In this document: positions 10,430 to 37,700 of the stretch, piece by piece
How positions within the stretch are numbered: the stretch's first letter is position 1
How the letters are laid out: each line of letters starts with the position of its first letter
Translations under genes and position numbers: made by a program
Notes under the pieces: model-generated
The model's input: the letters and a program-made list of their open reading frames with translations, nothing else
What the model was told of the DNA's origin: nothing
Database searches by the model: none
Origin: Tubiluchus corallicola
Taxonomy: Eukaryota; Animalia; Priapulida
DNA: 64,000 nucleotides
Direction: 5' to 3'
Assembly (NCBI GenBank): GCA_030141605.1
Contig: JAQGDQ010000218.1
Location: 248,001-312,000 of the forward strand

Positions 10430-12185
10430 TGCTTATGTACCTGGTTTTCAGAACCAACAGCTTCTTCTCTTGGTCTTTTTGGAGATGTAGCTATCGAAAA
10501 CTGTGTCATCTTGGGAAATCTTTCTCTGCAAAATCTCATCACATGTCCAGGCTTGTGACAGTAGTAACATTCAACCTTCGCACGCCAGTCATTTTGATTT
10601 CTCACCTCATTTTGTTTTTGCATATTTGATTCAACGTTAAACTTCTTTTCTTGTTTTTCAGTATTAGTGAGTTCACGCAGCTGGTATTTTACACTGTTCA
10701 GCTCTTTCATAATTTCTTCCAAAGTTATTTCTTTGCTTGATGATGCTTTGTGTGTATAATTCACTTGGTTGATTCTCGGTTGTAGCGGCTTCTTGCTTCT
10801 AGCTTCGGCGGCCTCCTTAGTCACTGCCTCATATTGTGCAACTTTTGTTATTGCATCCTCAAGCGTTTTTGGTTCCTGGAGGCTGGCATGCTTTCTGACT
10901 TCTATGTCACCAAGTCCTTCCAGGTATTTATCAATTAGTAAAGCTTCACTAGCTTCTTTTGACAAACCAGGATAGGCTAAGCCAAACAAACGTCGAACTG
11001 TAGCTCCAAATTCTTCCGGAGTTTCACTTAATTTTCTCATTCGATGCCTCAGCTCACTGCGATGTTGTAGCATGCGTTCAGCTGGATCAAAACGTTTACC
11101 CAGTGCTTGGATGAGTGACATGTAAGTCACTTCACCAGAATCCAAATCCATTTCCATTGCAACTTCAAGTGCATCCCCTTCCAAGCATAAGGGTAGGTGG
11201 GTCACCCATTCAGTTCTTGGCCAACTGTTGTGTTTTGCAACTAGTTCAAACTTTGCAATAAATTGTCTGAACTGCAAGCCATCTCCTGTTTTAAAAGTAG
11301 GAGGCTTCTTTTCTTTGCGTATTTTGCCTGCTCCTTTTGCTTGTGTTGTCGCAGTTGGAGTTGACTGTTTGGTAAGATGGGGCAGTGGTGTCCATCCAAC
11401 TTCAGGCTGATTTGGTGTTGTATAACTTATATGTGGCCATCTTGGTTCTACTTCTTCACCAGCTTCTGATGCATTTCCCTCTGTTGACCATTCTGACCAT
11501 GGTGAATGTACTTCTACAGGTGGTGCTTCAATCCAGCCTGTATGTCTCGCACGTTTTCGCTTGCTTTCAGTACTAGGTGTACCGAGATTGGATAAAGTTG
11601 TTTTTGGTTTTACAGATGGTGTTATCTGTAATGTAGTCGGCTGCAAGCTTTCTTCGTTTTGCAGTGCTGCTGGGAGTGTTGCTCTTCTCTTGCTGAATTT
11701 TCTATCTTGTTAAGATGTGGCAGTGGTGTCCATCCAACTTCAGGCTGATTTGGTGTTGCATAACTTATATGTGGCCATCTTGGTTCTACTTCTTCACCAG
11801 CTTCTGATGCATTTCCCTCTGTTGACCATTCTGACCATGGTGAATGTACTTCTACAGGTGGTGCTTCAATCCAGCCTGTATGTCTCGCACGTTTTCGCTT
11901 GCTTTCAGTACTAGGTGTACCGAGATTGGATAAAGTTGTTTTTGGTTTTACAGATGGTGTTATCTGTAATGTAGTCGGCTGCAAGCTTTCTTCGTTTTGC
12001 AGTGCTGCTGGGAGTGTTGCTCTTCTCTTGCTGAATTTTCTATCTTGTTCTGCTCCATCTGTTTCCATCTTATGCATAGCATTTTCTATGTGGACCTCTG
12101 TATTTTGTGCTCCCACAATTGTATCAGTGTTACTTTTAGGAGTGGAAGTCAGAAAGGATTTTAAGTAGGATAATATAGCTGTCAT
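10420..12185 (-). pseudogene. gag: Gypsy gag, frameshifted by a 338-bp internal tandem duplication
   Basis: ORFs 11622-12185 and 10420-11646 share a duplicated peptide. Capsid-like region (FELVAKHNSW...LEGDA) and CYYCHKPGHVMRFC zinc knuckle are present. Confidence 0.9.
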
Positions 12186-12255
12186 TTTACCAATTTTATT
12201 ACAGCTTGCCGTTCTTACTCAGTTTGAATCACAATGCCTCAAAACAAAATTCAAA

Positions 12256-12273
12256 ATCCCGGACGAGCCCCCA
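12256..12273 (-). promoter_or_regulatory. Primer binding site complementary to tRNA-Pro
   Basis: Minus strand TGGGGGCTCGTCCGGGAT, the classic tRNA-Pro PBS, 3 nt from the 5' LTR. Confidence 0.95.
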
Positions 12274-12276
12274 AAA

Positions 12277-14061
12277 TGTAGTGTGGCACAGCTCGGCTTA
12301 AGGGTATGATATTAGGTTAAAGTGCCACCTATCATTGACTTCTGCAACTAACTTTATTTTACTTTATTTTTACATAAAAAAATGTTGGGTTCAGCTTTGA
12401 CAATATCTTGAGGCTACTTGTAATTCAAATTTAAACTGAGTAAAAGCAACAACAAGTGAACTAAGATTAAAAATAATTTATTCTATTGGCTTTACTATAA
12501 AATACAGCTAATTTTAGTTAGGTAAAATCCACAATCATCAATACTATTCTTGTTTCTAGTTAAAGAAATCTTCTATAGCAATTGCAATTGGTCATGCAAA
12601 GAATGCTAGAGTCCAGGTTTCAGTAAGATTAAGCAGTTGCAATTTTCATGCCAGTCCTGTGTATAGGTACTATGTTCCTGTTCCACATTTAACTAAAAGT
12701 GAGCAAAACTATGATCCAGTCTCTTCTTTCACTTATTTGTATAAGATCTCGAATAACCCCGGATCAATAGCTAGCTGACTTGTGATCTGCAACTTTTTTT
12801 TAAGTGGAACTTTTTCATTCCAGGAATTTTCTGCAACTTTTCTATTCTGCAACTCTTTAAATTCTGCAACTCTTTAAGTTCTGCAACTCTTTAAATTCTG
12901 CAACTCTTTTCAATTCTGCAACTCTTTTCAATTCTGCAACTCTTTTAATTCTGGAACTCTTCTATTCTGCAACTCTTTTCAATTCTGCAACTCTTTTAAT
13001 TCTGGAACTCTTCTATTCTGGAACTCTTTTAATTCTGCAACTCTTTCATTCTGGAACTCTTCTATTCTGCAACTCTTTTAATTCTGGAACTCTTTTAATT
13101 CCTGGAACTCTTTTAATTCTGCAACTCTTTTAATTCTGGAACTCTTTCATTCCAAGAATTTTCTTTTAACTCCAGGAAATTTCTGCAACTCTTTTAATTC
13201 CAGGAAATTTCTGCAACTCTTTTAATTCTGGAACTCTTTTAATTCCTGGAAATTACTGGAACTCTTTTAATTCCTGGAAATTACTGGAACTCTTTTGATC
13301 TTGGATTTTCCTGGAACTCTCAGCAACTCTTTTAAATCTTGGATTTTCCTGGAACTCTCAGCAACTCTTTTAAATCTTGGATTTTCCTGGAACTCTTTTT
13401 GTCTCTGCAACTGCTTTAATCCTGAAACCCTTTTCTAGCTTCTCTTTTGGTTTCTAGAACCTAGTGTTTCTGGAACTCTTTTCTAGGTTCTAGATTCCTG
13501 ACACATCCTAGCTAGTTTTGAAAGCTAGCTTTATCTAGTAAGTTAAAACTTACTTCTCATCCTGCTTCTTTTCCATGTTTAGATGAATCTTCAGTTGCTG
13601 TAGCTCTTTATCACTTTGAAAATGTTCGGATGTGTGTGGTCAATAGCCTGGCCCTCCCTTTATATAGCCGCCTGAGCGTCGGCGTCGCTAAGTTACCCTG
13701 GATTGTGCATTGTAACCGAGGGGTGGGCTGTTCATTACACTTTGTTACTTTCAGTCTTCTAATTATAATTTCATCAATTTGTTTTGCTCTTTTTTTAACA
13801 GCGCATATGTTTGTCTACATTTAATCTAATTTATCAGCTTATGTTTGATCCTTTTTGTTTTTATTTTCTTGTTTTCCAAACCGGGAATTCACCGGGTTCT
13901 AAAGTTTCATCGCCCTGTGTTTATCTTTCGGTCAGCATCTGGTGTGCTCGCCGAATAGCGAAGATGTGCATAACATAAGAGCATCCATAATGGCTGCGTC
14001 CATAGTGCGTGTAAACAATATTAAAATTCCGATGATTATATTTTTTTTAGAGAATATTACA
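12277..14061 (-). repeat. 5' LTR, with TATA box (13659-13666) and internal minisatellite at about 12785-13415
   Basis: TGTA...TACA ends; direct repeat of 2599-4447; TATATAAAG on the minus strand. Confidence 0.95.
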
Positions 14062-14280
14062 ATATTACTCGATTTTGTTCTGCAGTAAAACCATCAATAA
14101 TTTGTTTGAAAATTGTGCACAGAAATCACAGCTAAATTATTTTAATTGCATGATGTTTCAATCATTTTAATGATATGGAACATATGTGATTGAAGTGCCA
14201 AATTATTCGAATCTATAGTTTTACATTCGAATCTAGTTCGAACTAAAAAACTCGTTCGACTCGAATTCAAATGTTCGTAT
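14062..14280. mobile_element. Fragment of the MITE family also at 35694-36682
   Basis: gattttgttctgcagtaaaa...cacagaaatcacagctaaat is the reverse complement of about 36473-36540; ttcgaa-rich subterminal sequence follows. Confidence 0.65.
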
Positions 14281-14977
14281 TATTGATGGCCATTATACTG
14301 CTGTACCATATACAGCATAATTGTTGTACCTCAACGAGATATTCTTTTAGCCTTGAGGGGTGATAGATAGGAGAAATAGCCTCCTAAAACATGCAGTGTT
14401 TGCAAACTAGTTGGAATGCATTCAAGGGGTATCTTGATGACATATGGCAAAACTGCTGCTGCAATACTGAAGCAGTGCCTTCAAGCAAATTTTAGTCAAT
14501 ATGTAATGTTCTTTGTAATCTTAATGAGGACATTACAGGGCTTTACGTTTTTAATGTTAAAGATGACAGGTCTCACTCATAATTAGCATTATCTTAATAA
14601 TTATTTGTATAGTTTTCAAGAACAGAATGGTCAACAGGCTAATGCCTAACACGTGGGTGATGGTATGGTGTCCTAAACCACTATTTCACATGGAGTAGTT
14701 TGCCAGCAGATATCATATTGCCTCAAGCTCTCGAGTGTAACGTTTTTTTAAAAATGGTTACTGTTTTCAACTTTCTGCAGCATTATCTTCTTTGCAATGC
14801 TTTTAAGTTATTTGTTATTTTGTTTAACCAACTTTCATGAAACACACGGACCTGTATATAATTATAATAATGACATTTACTCAGTATTTTTTTACAATTT
14901 AATAAAATTTAAAAATAAATTCTCAAAAGCATAAAGTGGTCGTGTAAGCGTACCTTTTGATGTTAATAAAATTGTAG

Positions 14978-14985
14978 TGACGTCA
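14978..14985. promoter_or_regulatory. Palindromic CRE (TGACGTCA) in the putative VPS4 proximal promoter
   Basis: Perfect site about 215 bp upstream of the VPS4 ATG; motif match only. Confidence 0.35.
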
Positions 14986-15199
14986 TACGCACAGGAGTTT
15001 TTAACTATTGCTGAATTACAGTGGTTCCTTTAGCGATAAAATAGGAACTCTTGGGACGAAACATTAGTGATTTGCCGAACTTCTGTGTCTTAAAAATGCC
15101 CAAACCTAACGCTGTTTTAGAAAAAAAACTTTAGAGCAACATTGACGAGTTTAAAACCTATAACTTTGGGTAGTCACCGGTATACCTTGACATTTCAAA

Positions 15200-30679
<15,480 letters not shown>

Positions 30680-31220
30680 ATTTTGTTAGTCTGTGATGAT
30701 GAAACATGAAATGTATATTTATCAGTTTATAACCTGTTACTTGGAGTCTGTTGTAACTCATCACCTGTACGTCGTTTAGTAGTTTTGCAGGTAAATACTT
30801 TGTTTGATACGCAGGGAGGCGAGCAGTAGCAAATCCAAAAGTGCATGAAATTCCAACTTTCGGCTGTAACCGTAGCCGTAGCCGTAGGTACACAATATGG
30901 TACGTGCATTTCCATTTGTAAAGTAACAGAAACAGGTTTTCGCATTTGTTAATGTAGAACATGATAAGTATATTGCTTATTTGTGATTTTGTATGCTAAC
31001 TTCCTTCAAGTTAAAGTTGACACGTGTATAAGATGCGGCTTCGTACAATAAATTCAAGTTTGACAGGTCTGTGCAGCGCAATTTACCTTCAAATTACACT
31101 TATATCTTAGTTTGCCGGATCTCGCTTTTACGGATGTCGGAGCAAAACCTGGACTGTTAAAAAGTCCCACATACTAGAGACACAGTCCGTTGTTTCACGA
31201 GCTGAACGCTAGTTGACCGT

Positions 31221-31392
31221 CACTTTGTTTACATCATTACATCTGTGTAACCAAGCAGCGTGTCACTTTGTTTACATCATTACATCTGTGTAACCAAGCA
31301 GCGTGTCACTTTGTTTACATCATTACATCAGCGTAACCAAGTAGTGTGTCACTTTGTTTACATCATTACATCAGTGTAACCAAGCAGCGTGT
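31221..31392. repeat. 43-bp tandem repeat x4 downstream of the VPS4 stop
   Basis: Unit cactttgtttacatcattacatctgtgtaaccaagcagcgtgt. Confidence 0.9.
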
Positions 31393-32603
31393 AACGACAC
31401 GTGTGTAGCTTGTATGTCAGCTTGTTTAACTGGTTTTGATTAGCAGAGTTATTTGAGTCAATTGCTGACAGTTTTTATACACTTTTGCATAATTGCATGT
31501 GGGAGACCCGAACTAGACGTTTTTGAGACAATTTGGTGATTGATTCTACATTATCGTGAGTCTAATACACGGCAGTTACTGTATTAGTTTAGTATCGGTA
31601 AATACGGACAATCGGCAAATTTGGACTGACGTCTCCCCGCTTTTGTCCAGCGAACTGAGATATGAATGTAGTTCATTTAGGTAAGCTGTGTCTTAGCTGA
31701 TACTAGCACGGCATAATTTTACTGATATGTTTACTATATAAGATACATAAATGTGGGTTTATGCTATGATTACATTTCTAATGAAATACATCAATCGTCA
31801 ACATATAAGATCAGTCAATGATTTAATCCACTGTTGTTTGTTTGTTTAATATTCGAGTATATAGTCATTTAATGAGATTTTGCTATCTAATTAATAATGC
31901 TGCACATAATCTATGCATACATGTGCATAAATTATGCAAATTTTTCCTGAGATGTAATATTTACCTCAACGTAAGCATATAATTACAATTCTTACTACAA
32001 GCGTATAATCAATACGTACAATTCCTAGAACTCACGTGAATTTTATTCTCAACATTATAGCGAGAGTGACGACCGTTTACAATCTTGCTGTTCGACGTAC
32101 CTCCATGTGCAAGCCTGCCTGCCTGTTCCTGTCGTGAATAATATCTTCACGTATTCTGCCTGCTTATATCCTGCCGTGAATAACGACTCCAAACATTCAG
32201 TTTGCCTAATCCTTCTGCGCCTTGTTGGCTGTGTTGATTAGTTGTAGATATTGAAATTATGTGATAGAATAAGTAAGCAAGTCGTTTGTTGCAGTTAGTA
32301 AAGATTGATGAATTGTAGAAACTTTGACGTAAGGTATTTCTTTTGAAAGTTTTAACACGTATGATATCCATTTCTCGAAGAACTAGGTTTGAAAATGCTG
32401 TGAGTTTTTTTCAAGTACAATGTTGTCATCCTTAAAAGTATGTTATTCTCAATTGTTAAGTGTGTTTATGTCTTGCTTATATCTAAATTGATGTAAAAAT
32501 GTTTGTTTAAATGCAGTAGCTGAACATATTTAAAAGCTAATATATTTTTCACCTTTATTATCATAAATCTTTACTTAATTAACGTCTAGCATAACGTCAG
32601 TCG

Positions 32604-32868
32604 TTCCCGTCGACCGCCCAATAAGCGTGCAAGATTTTTTCACACCCACGCAGAGCTTATTTAACGCGGTTCTTTCGGGACATTTAGCTGCAGCTGCATA
32701 TTGCCGGGCATCTAATACTGTTATGAAAAATGCAGTCATTCCCGTCAACAGCCCAATCAGCGTGCAGGGTTTTTTCACACCCACGCAGAGCTTATTTAAC
32801 GCGGTTCTTTCGGGACATTTACCTGCAGCTGCATATTGCCGGGCATCTAATACTGTTATAAAAAATGC
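32604..32868. repeat. 134-bp tandem duplication
   Basis: Two near-identical copies of ...cacacccacgcagagcttatttaacgcgg... Confidence 0.85.
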
Positions 32869-34763
32869 TCAACTTTTCATTAGTTAGCGGGAGAAATATT
32901 GGCCTGGTTCTAGATTTCATTATTGTTGATTTAAATTGCCAGTGAATTGGTGGAAATATATAGTCTAGTTTTGTTTATTATAGGAAGAAATGCACAGCGC
33001 TTGAGTCTATGAGTTGCTGATTAAATCATTTTGCTATCAATAAAACACACAGTTTAGTTGTGCTTATGACTTTGCAAGTTAGATAAAAAGCTGAAACAAC
33101 CAATATGATTGAAAAGGATAAATTAACCTAACGAGGTTAGGCGATCATGATTAGACATTAGTTGTCACGTTGTTTACTAAAGACAGTTGTTATCCAGCGT
33201 GAGCTGCTGTCCCAAATACCGCTAAGCAGGCTTACGTTACAGCGCACGCGGAGCGACAGACCAATATACTTGACGTCGATTAAGACGTGATGCGTGTCAT
33301 AGATTAGAACGGACTTTGGCATTTTCAGTTTTTGTCCTGTGCCATCAGTGTCGTTGATCAACATTTTTAGTACCTGCTTTTTGTGATACGAAAGCAACTT
33401 TTGACGAATTTGAAGTAATGCAGAGTATTTTAGCTTTCAGACTGTATTATGTCGGCTAAAAACCTTGTTGTTGGTGTGGAAACTTATTAGCGTCTGATAC
33501 ACAATAATGTAAATTTATAAAAAAATAAGCTAGAATGCTACAACGTAACCCCCCTCCTGAGAACTGAAAACGAGTATTCCAGATCATTCTGATTTTCCAG
33601 GAAGATTCCCGAATAACTTGACCTAAAAATGAAATATTAAGTGGCGTTTATGTAGCATCTGGGTGTGGGGAGTCGGTTTACAATGTACCCGTTTACGCAG
33701 CCTGAACGTGCATTTTTTTCCGCAGGTGGAAAACGCACCTGCATTGGCATCCGCGATTCCGGATGCTACGAAAATGCCACATTAGTCTGAATTTCTAATA
33801 AGACTAGCAAGCAGTTCAGTGAATAACTTGTAAAAAAAAGATCATAACACGCAATGATTCAGCAAACGAGCCACAGAGCCGTTTGTTACCATTTCAGATA
33901 CAATCAATTTGTAAGCTGTAGCTAATATAAGACACTATAGTCTTTTTTTAAGCAAACATGTACACTAATGTAGTTTTTGAAGGTTCTTAGTAATTATTTC
34001 TCGTTAATCAGTCATTTAAAACATTGTAACTAGAACCAATTACATGTTCCAATTTCTTCGGGTTAATTAACTATATTAGCTACATAAAATTAAATTAAGT
34101 TTTATACATTGAATAGGAAAAACAGCTATGTCTTAGCTAGTTTTTTGTAGGACCTTTAATTTAAACTGTTTATTGATACGATATTTTCACTGTTTGATAC
34201 ACAGATTACATTAAAATAATTCAACAGTGATTACATGCTGGGTTAATTGTTTATGGTAAATACTGTGTTTATGTTTAAAGCAAGACTTGTAATATAATTA
34301 ATTTGTATAATAAAAATAAAAACTATTGAACGTTTAATTGAGAAATCACTTATTTCTTAACAATGATTGACGAATCATTATCATTCACATTAAAATCTCA
34401 TTCCATATCAGATACGTAATCAGTAGACATTGAATAAACAAACAGTTGTAAATTAATATAAAACTTTCAATTACTTGTGGTGTATTAGAAACAGTATTAA
34501 ACTAGTTTCTACCTGGTTATTATTAATTACATGTATTTGCATAGAGCTTATATTCAAGCAGAGTGCTGTAATACCTTGCACCTGTTCGTTATGTGGTACT
34601 TATATAAAAGCTGGGGCCAGTAACTGCCTGTGGTGTGTTACAAAATGTGCCCTGGACATGAATATAAAAGCATACACATTTTGATTTTGATAAATCAATG
34701 TCATAAATAATGTCATATTACCTTGTTGCTGTCTGTACTATAATACTACACGGTAGAGTCAAT

Positions 34764-37700
34764 TTATGAACCAGTAGATAAAGATTCCAGATACTGTAGT
34801 GCATTCTGCAGGGAAATCAGACAATAGCCTTCTTCGCCCATTAAATACCTGTGAGAAAATCATATTTCATCATTTTGCAATTGAATTTAAACGAATGCGG
34901 GTCATTTTTATTCTGTCTAGACCAGAGCCAGATTTAAGCCAATTAGGCAGATTCGTTCCTGAGCCCTGCGTCAAGGGGGGGGGGGGCACGCATGGTTAAG
35001 CGGAGAACGCTATGGTGAATTAATGATGCTTATGAGTGTCCAGGTTGCACGAAGTTTCTTGATACTGTGAACGCAGTGAAACTATTCAATCTGTCCTCAT
35101 TTAAATTGGGTCCCGCGCCAAGAGGGGGGCACGCATGGTTGAGGAGAGGACGCTATGATGAATTAATGATGTTATGAGTGTCCAGGTTGCTTGAAGTTTC
35201 TTGATACTGTGAACGCAGTGAAACTATTCAATCTGTCCTAGTTTAAATTGGGTCCCGCGCCAAGAGGGGGGCACGCATGGTTGAGGAGAGGACGCTATGA
35301 TGAATTAATGTTATGAGTGTCCAGGTTGCATGAAGTTTCTTGATACTGTGAATGCAGTGAAACTATTCAATCTGTCCTAGTTTAAATTGGGTCCCGCGCC
35401 AAGAGGGGGGCACATATGATTGAGGAGAGGACGCTATGATGAATTAATGACGTTATGAGTGTCCAGGTTGCATGAAATAACACATCACTCTTCAGCCTTT
35501 AGGGCAGAGGGCCCCAATAATTTTCTATTTGGGCCCTGCACTTCCTAGGGCCGGGCCTGGTCTAGACAGTACTTTAATCATTCAACTGTGATTACTGACT
35601 TTAATCATTCAACTCTGATTATTGACAAGTTTTCACAAAATCTTTGCCAGCTTACAAACAAAAAACTAAACAATCGTTACACAATATTTTTGTGAGGGGT
35701 GAGCAGAGAATATTCGAGTTCAATTCGAATGAGTTTTTTGAGTTGAAATTCCATTCGAACCTAAATTGTAGATTCAAATAAGTCAGCAGCACTTCAACTA
35801 AATGTGTTGCTTGCAAACCAAAATCGTCCACGAGTCGGTTACATTATGATGCTTCAAAGTAAAATGCACCAAAAATTTGGTCAAATGTCAATCTTTCATT
35901 TTTTATAAAAACAAATGCTAAATATATTGGACTTTTATATTCTAGCATCAAATTGTCAAGAAAATGTTTAAAAAATACCAAAAATCTAATTATATAACCC
36001 GGTACCCACTTTTCTGGCTAGAAACTAGTACTGAAATTGTAAAACTTGTATTTTCAAACTCAGATAGTAGCTTGTGAAAGCAGTCATTTTGCTTTGGGTT
36101 TTGCCAAGCCCAGATCTTCGTCAGGAAGAGCCATCTACTGCATTTCAACATAACTTCAAAGTGCTCTTGTAAAGTCTGTAGCAACCAACATTTGTGCGGT
36201 TGCTAAGTGCTTTGTAGAAATACAATGGCTGACTTTAACATTGATTTTCTCAAGATTATGTTTTTCAGTGTGCAGCCTGCACCTCAACTTCAATGTGGAT
36301 TATCTCAGCTTAGAAATAACATAGAGTGATGAACTTGGTATTAAAATGATCCTCATGAAATGGAGATTCAGGATGAGTGAATAACTAGAAAAACTTAATT
36401 GCTGACTTATGGATTATTTTGCTATGCAAGTTCACATGATTTTTTCATTAAAACATTTCAAACATCAGCACAATTTAGCTGTGATTTCTGTACACAATTT
36501 TTAAACAAATTATTAGTATTTTTACTGCAGAACAAAATCAAGTACTATGCATGATCTTTGTGAGACAACTTTTTTGCTAGAGATTTCAAAATCTTTGAAA
36601 CTGAATTCGGATTAGAGTTCGAAATCCAGAAATTCAATTCGAGTTGAATTCGCTTTCTGATAGAGAATGCTGCTCAGCCCTAATTTTTACAGTTAACTGA
36701 CACACTAATGAACGTACTCATTCGCTTTCTGATAGAGAATGCTGCTCAGCCCTAATTTTTACAGTTAACTGACACACTAATGAACGTACTCATCGTGAAT
36801 GAAATCCTCTACAGCTTGTAATTCCGCAATTAACAGAGGTAACTCACTGCGCACGATTACGTAACTCAGGATGGGTACAAGATCATCTGCACCACTGTAA
36901 TGGAAAATAAAACAGAAATGAATTAAATCAACGCAGTTTAGGATGGGCACAAGATCATCTGCACCACTGTAATGGAAAATAAAACAGACATGAATTAAAT
37001 CAACGTAGTTTAGAATGGGCATAAGATCGTCTGCAGCACTGTAATGGAAAATAAAACAGAAATGCATTAAATCAACGTAGTTTAGAATGGGCACAAGATC
37101 ACCTGCACCACTGTAATGGAAAATAAAACAGAAATGAATTAAATCAACATAGCTTAGGACTGGCACAAGATCTTCTGCAACACTGTAATGGAAAATAAAA
37201 CAGAAATGAATTAAATCAACATAGCTTAGGATGGGCACAAGATCGTCTGCACCACTGTAATGAAAAATAAAACAGACATGAATTAAATCAACGTAGTTTA
37301 GAATGCGCACAAGATCGTCTGCACCACTGTAATGGAAAATAAAACAGACATGAATTAAATCAACGTAGTTTAGAATGGGCACAAGATCGTCTGCACCACT
37401 GTAATGGAAAATAAAACAGACATGAATTAAATCAACGTAGTTCAGGATGGGCACAGGCTTATCGGCACCAGAGTAATGAGAAATAAAATAGAAAAGAATT
37501 AAATCAACATAGCTTAGGATGGGCACAAGATCGTCTGCACCACTGTAATGAAAAATAAAACAGACATGAATTAAATCAACGCAGTTTAGGATGGGCACAA
37601 GATCGTCTGCACCACTGTAATGGAAAATAAAACAGACATGAATTAAATCAACGTAGTTTAGAATGGGCACAAGATCGTCTGCACCACTGTAATGGAAAAT

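Larger units (their letters stand above)
2599..14061 (-). mobile_element. Ty3/Gypsy LTR retrotransposon, near full length (gag, pol, extra ORF3)
   Basis: Two ~1.8 kb direct repeats with TGTA...TACA ends, PBS, PPT, gag with CCHC knuckle, and pol in PR-RT-RH-IN order. Confidence 0.97.
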
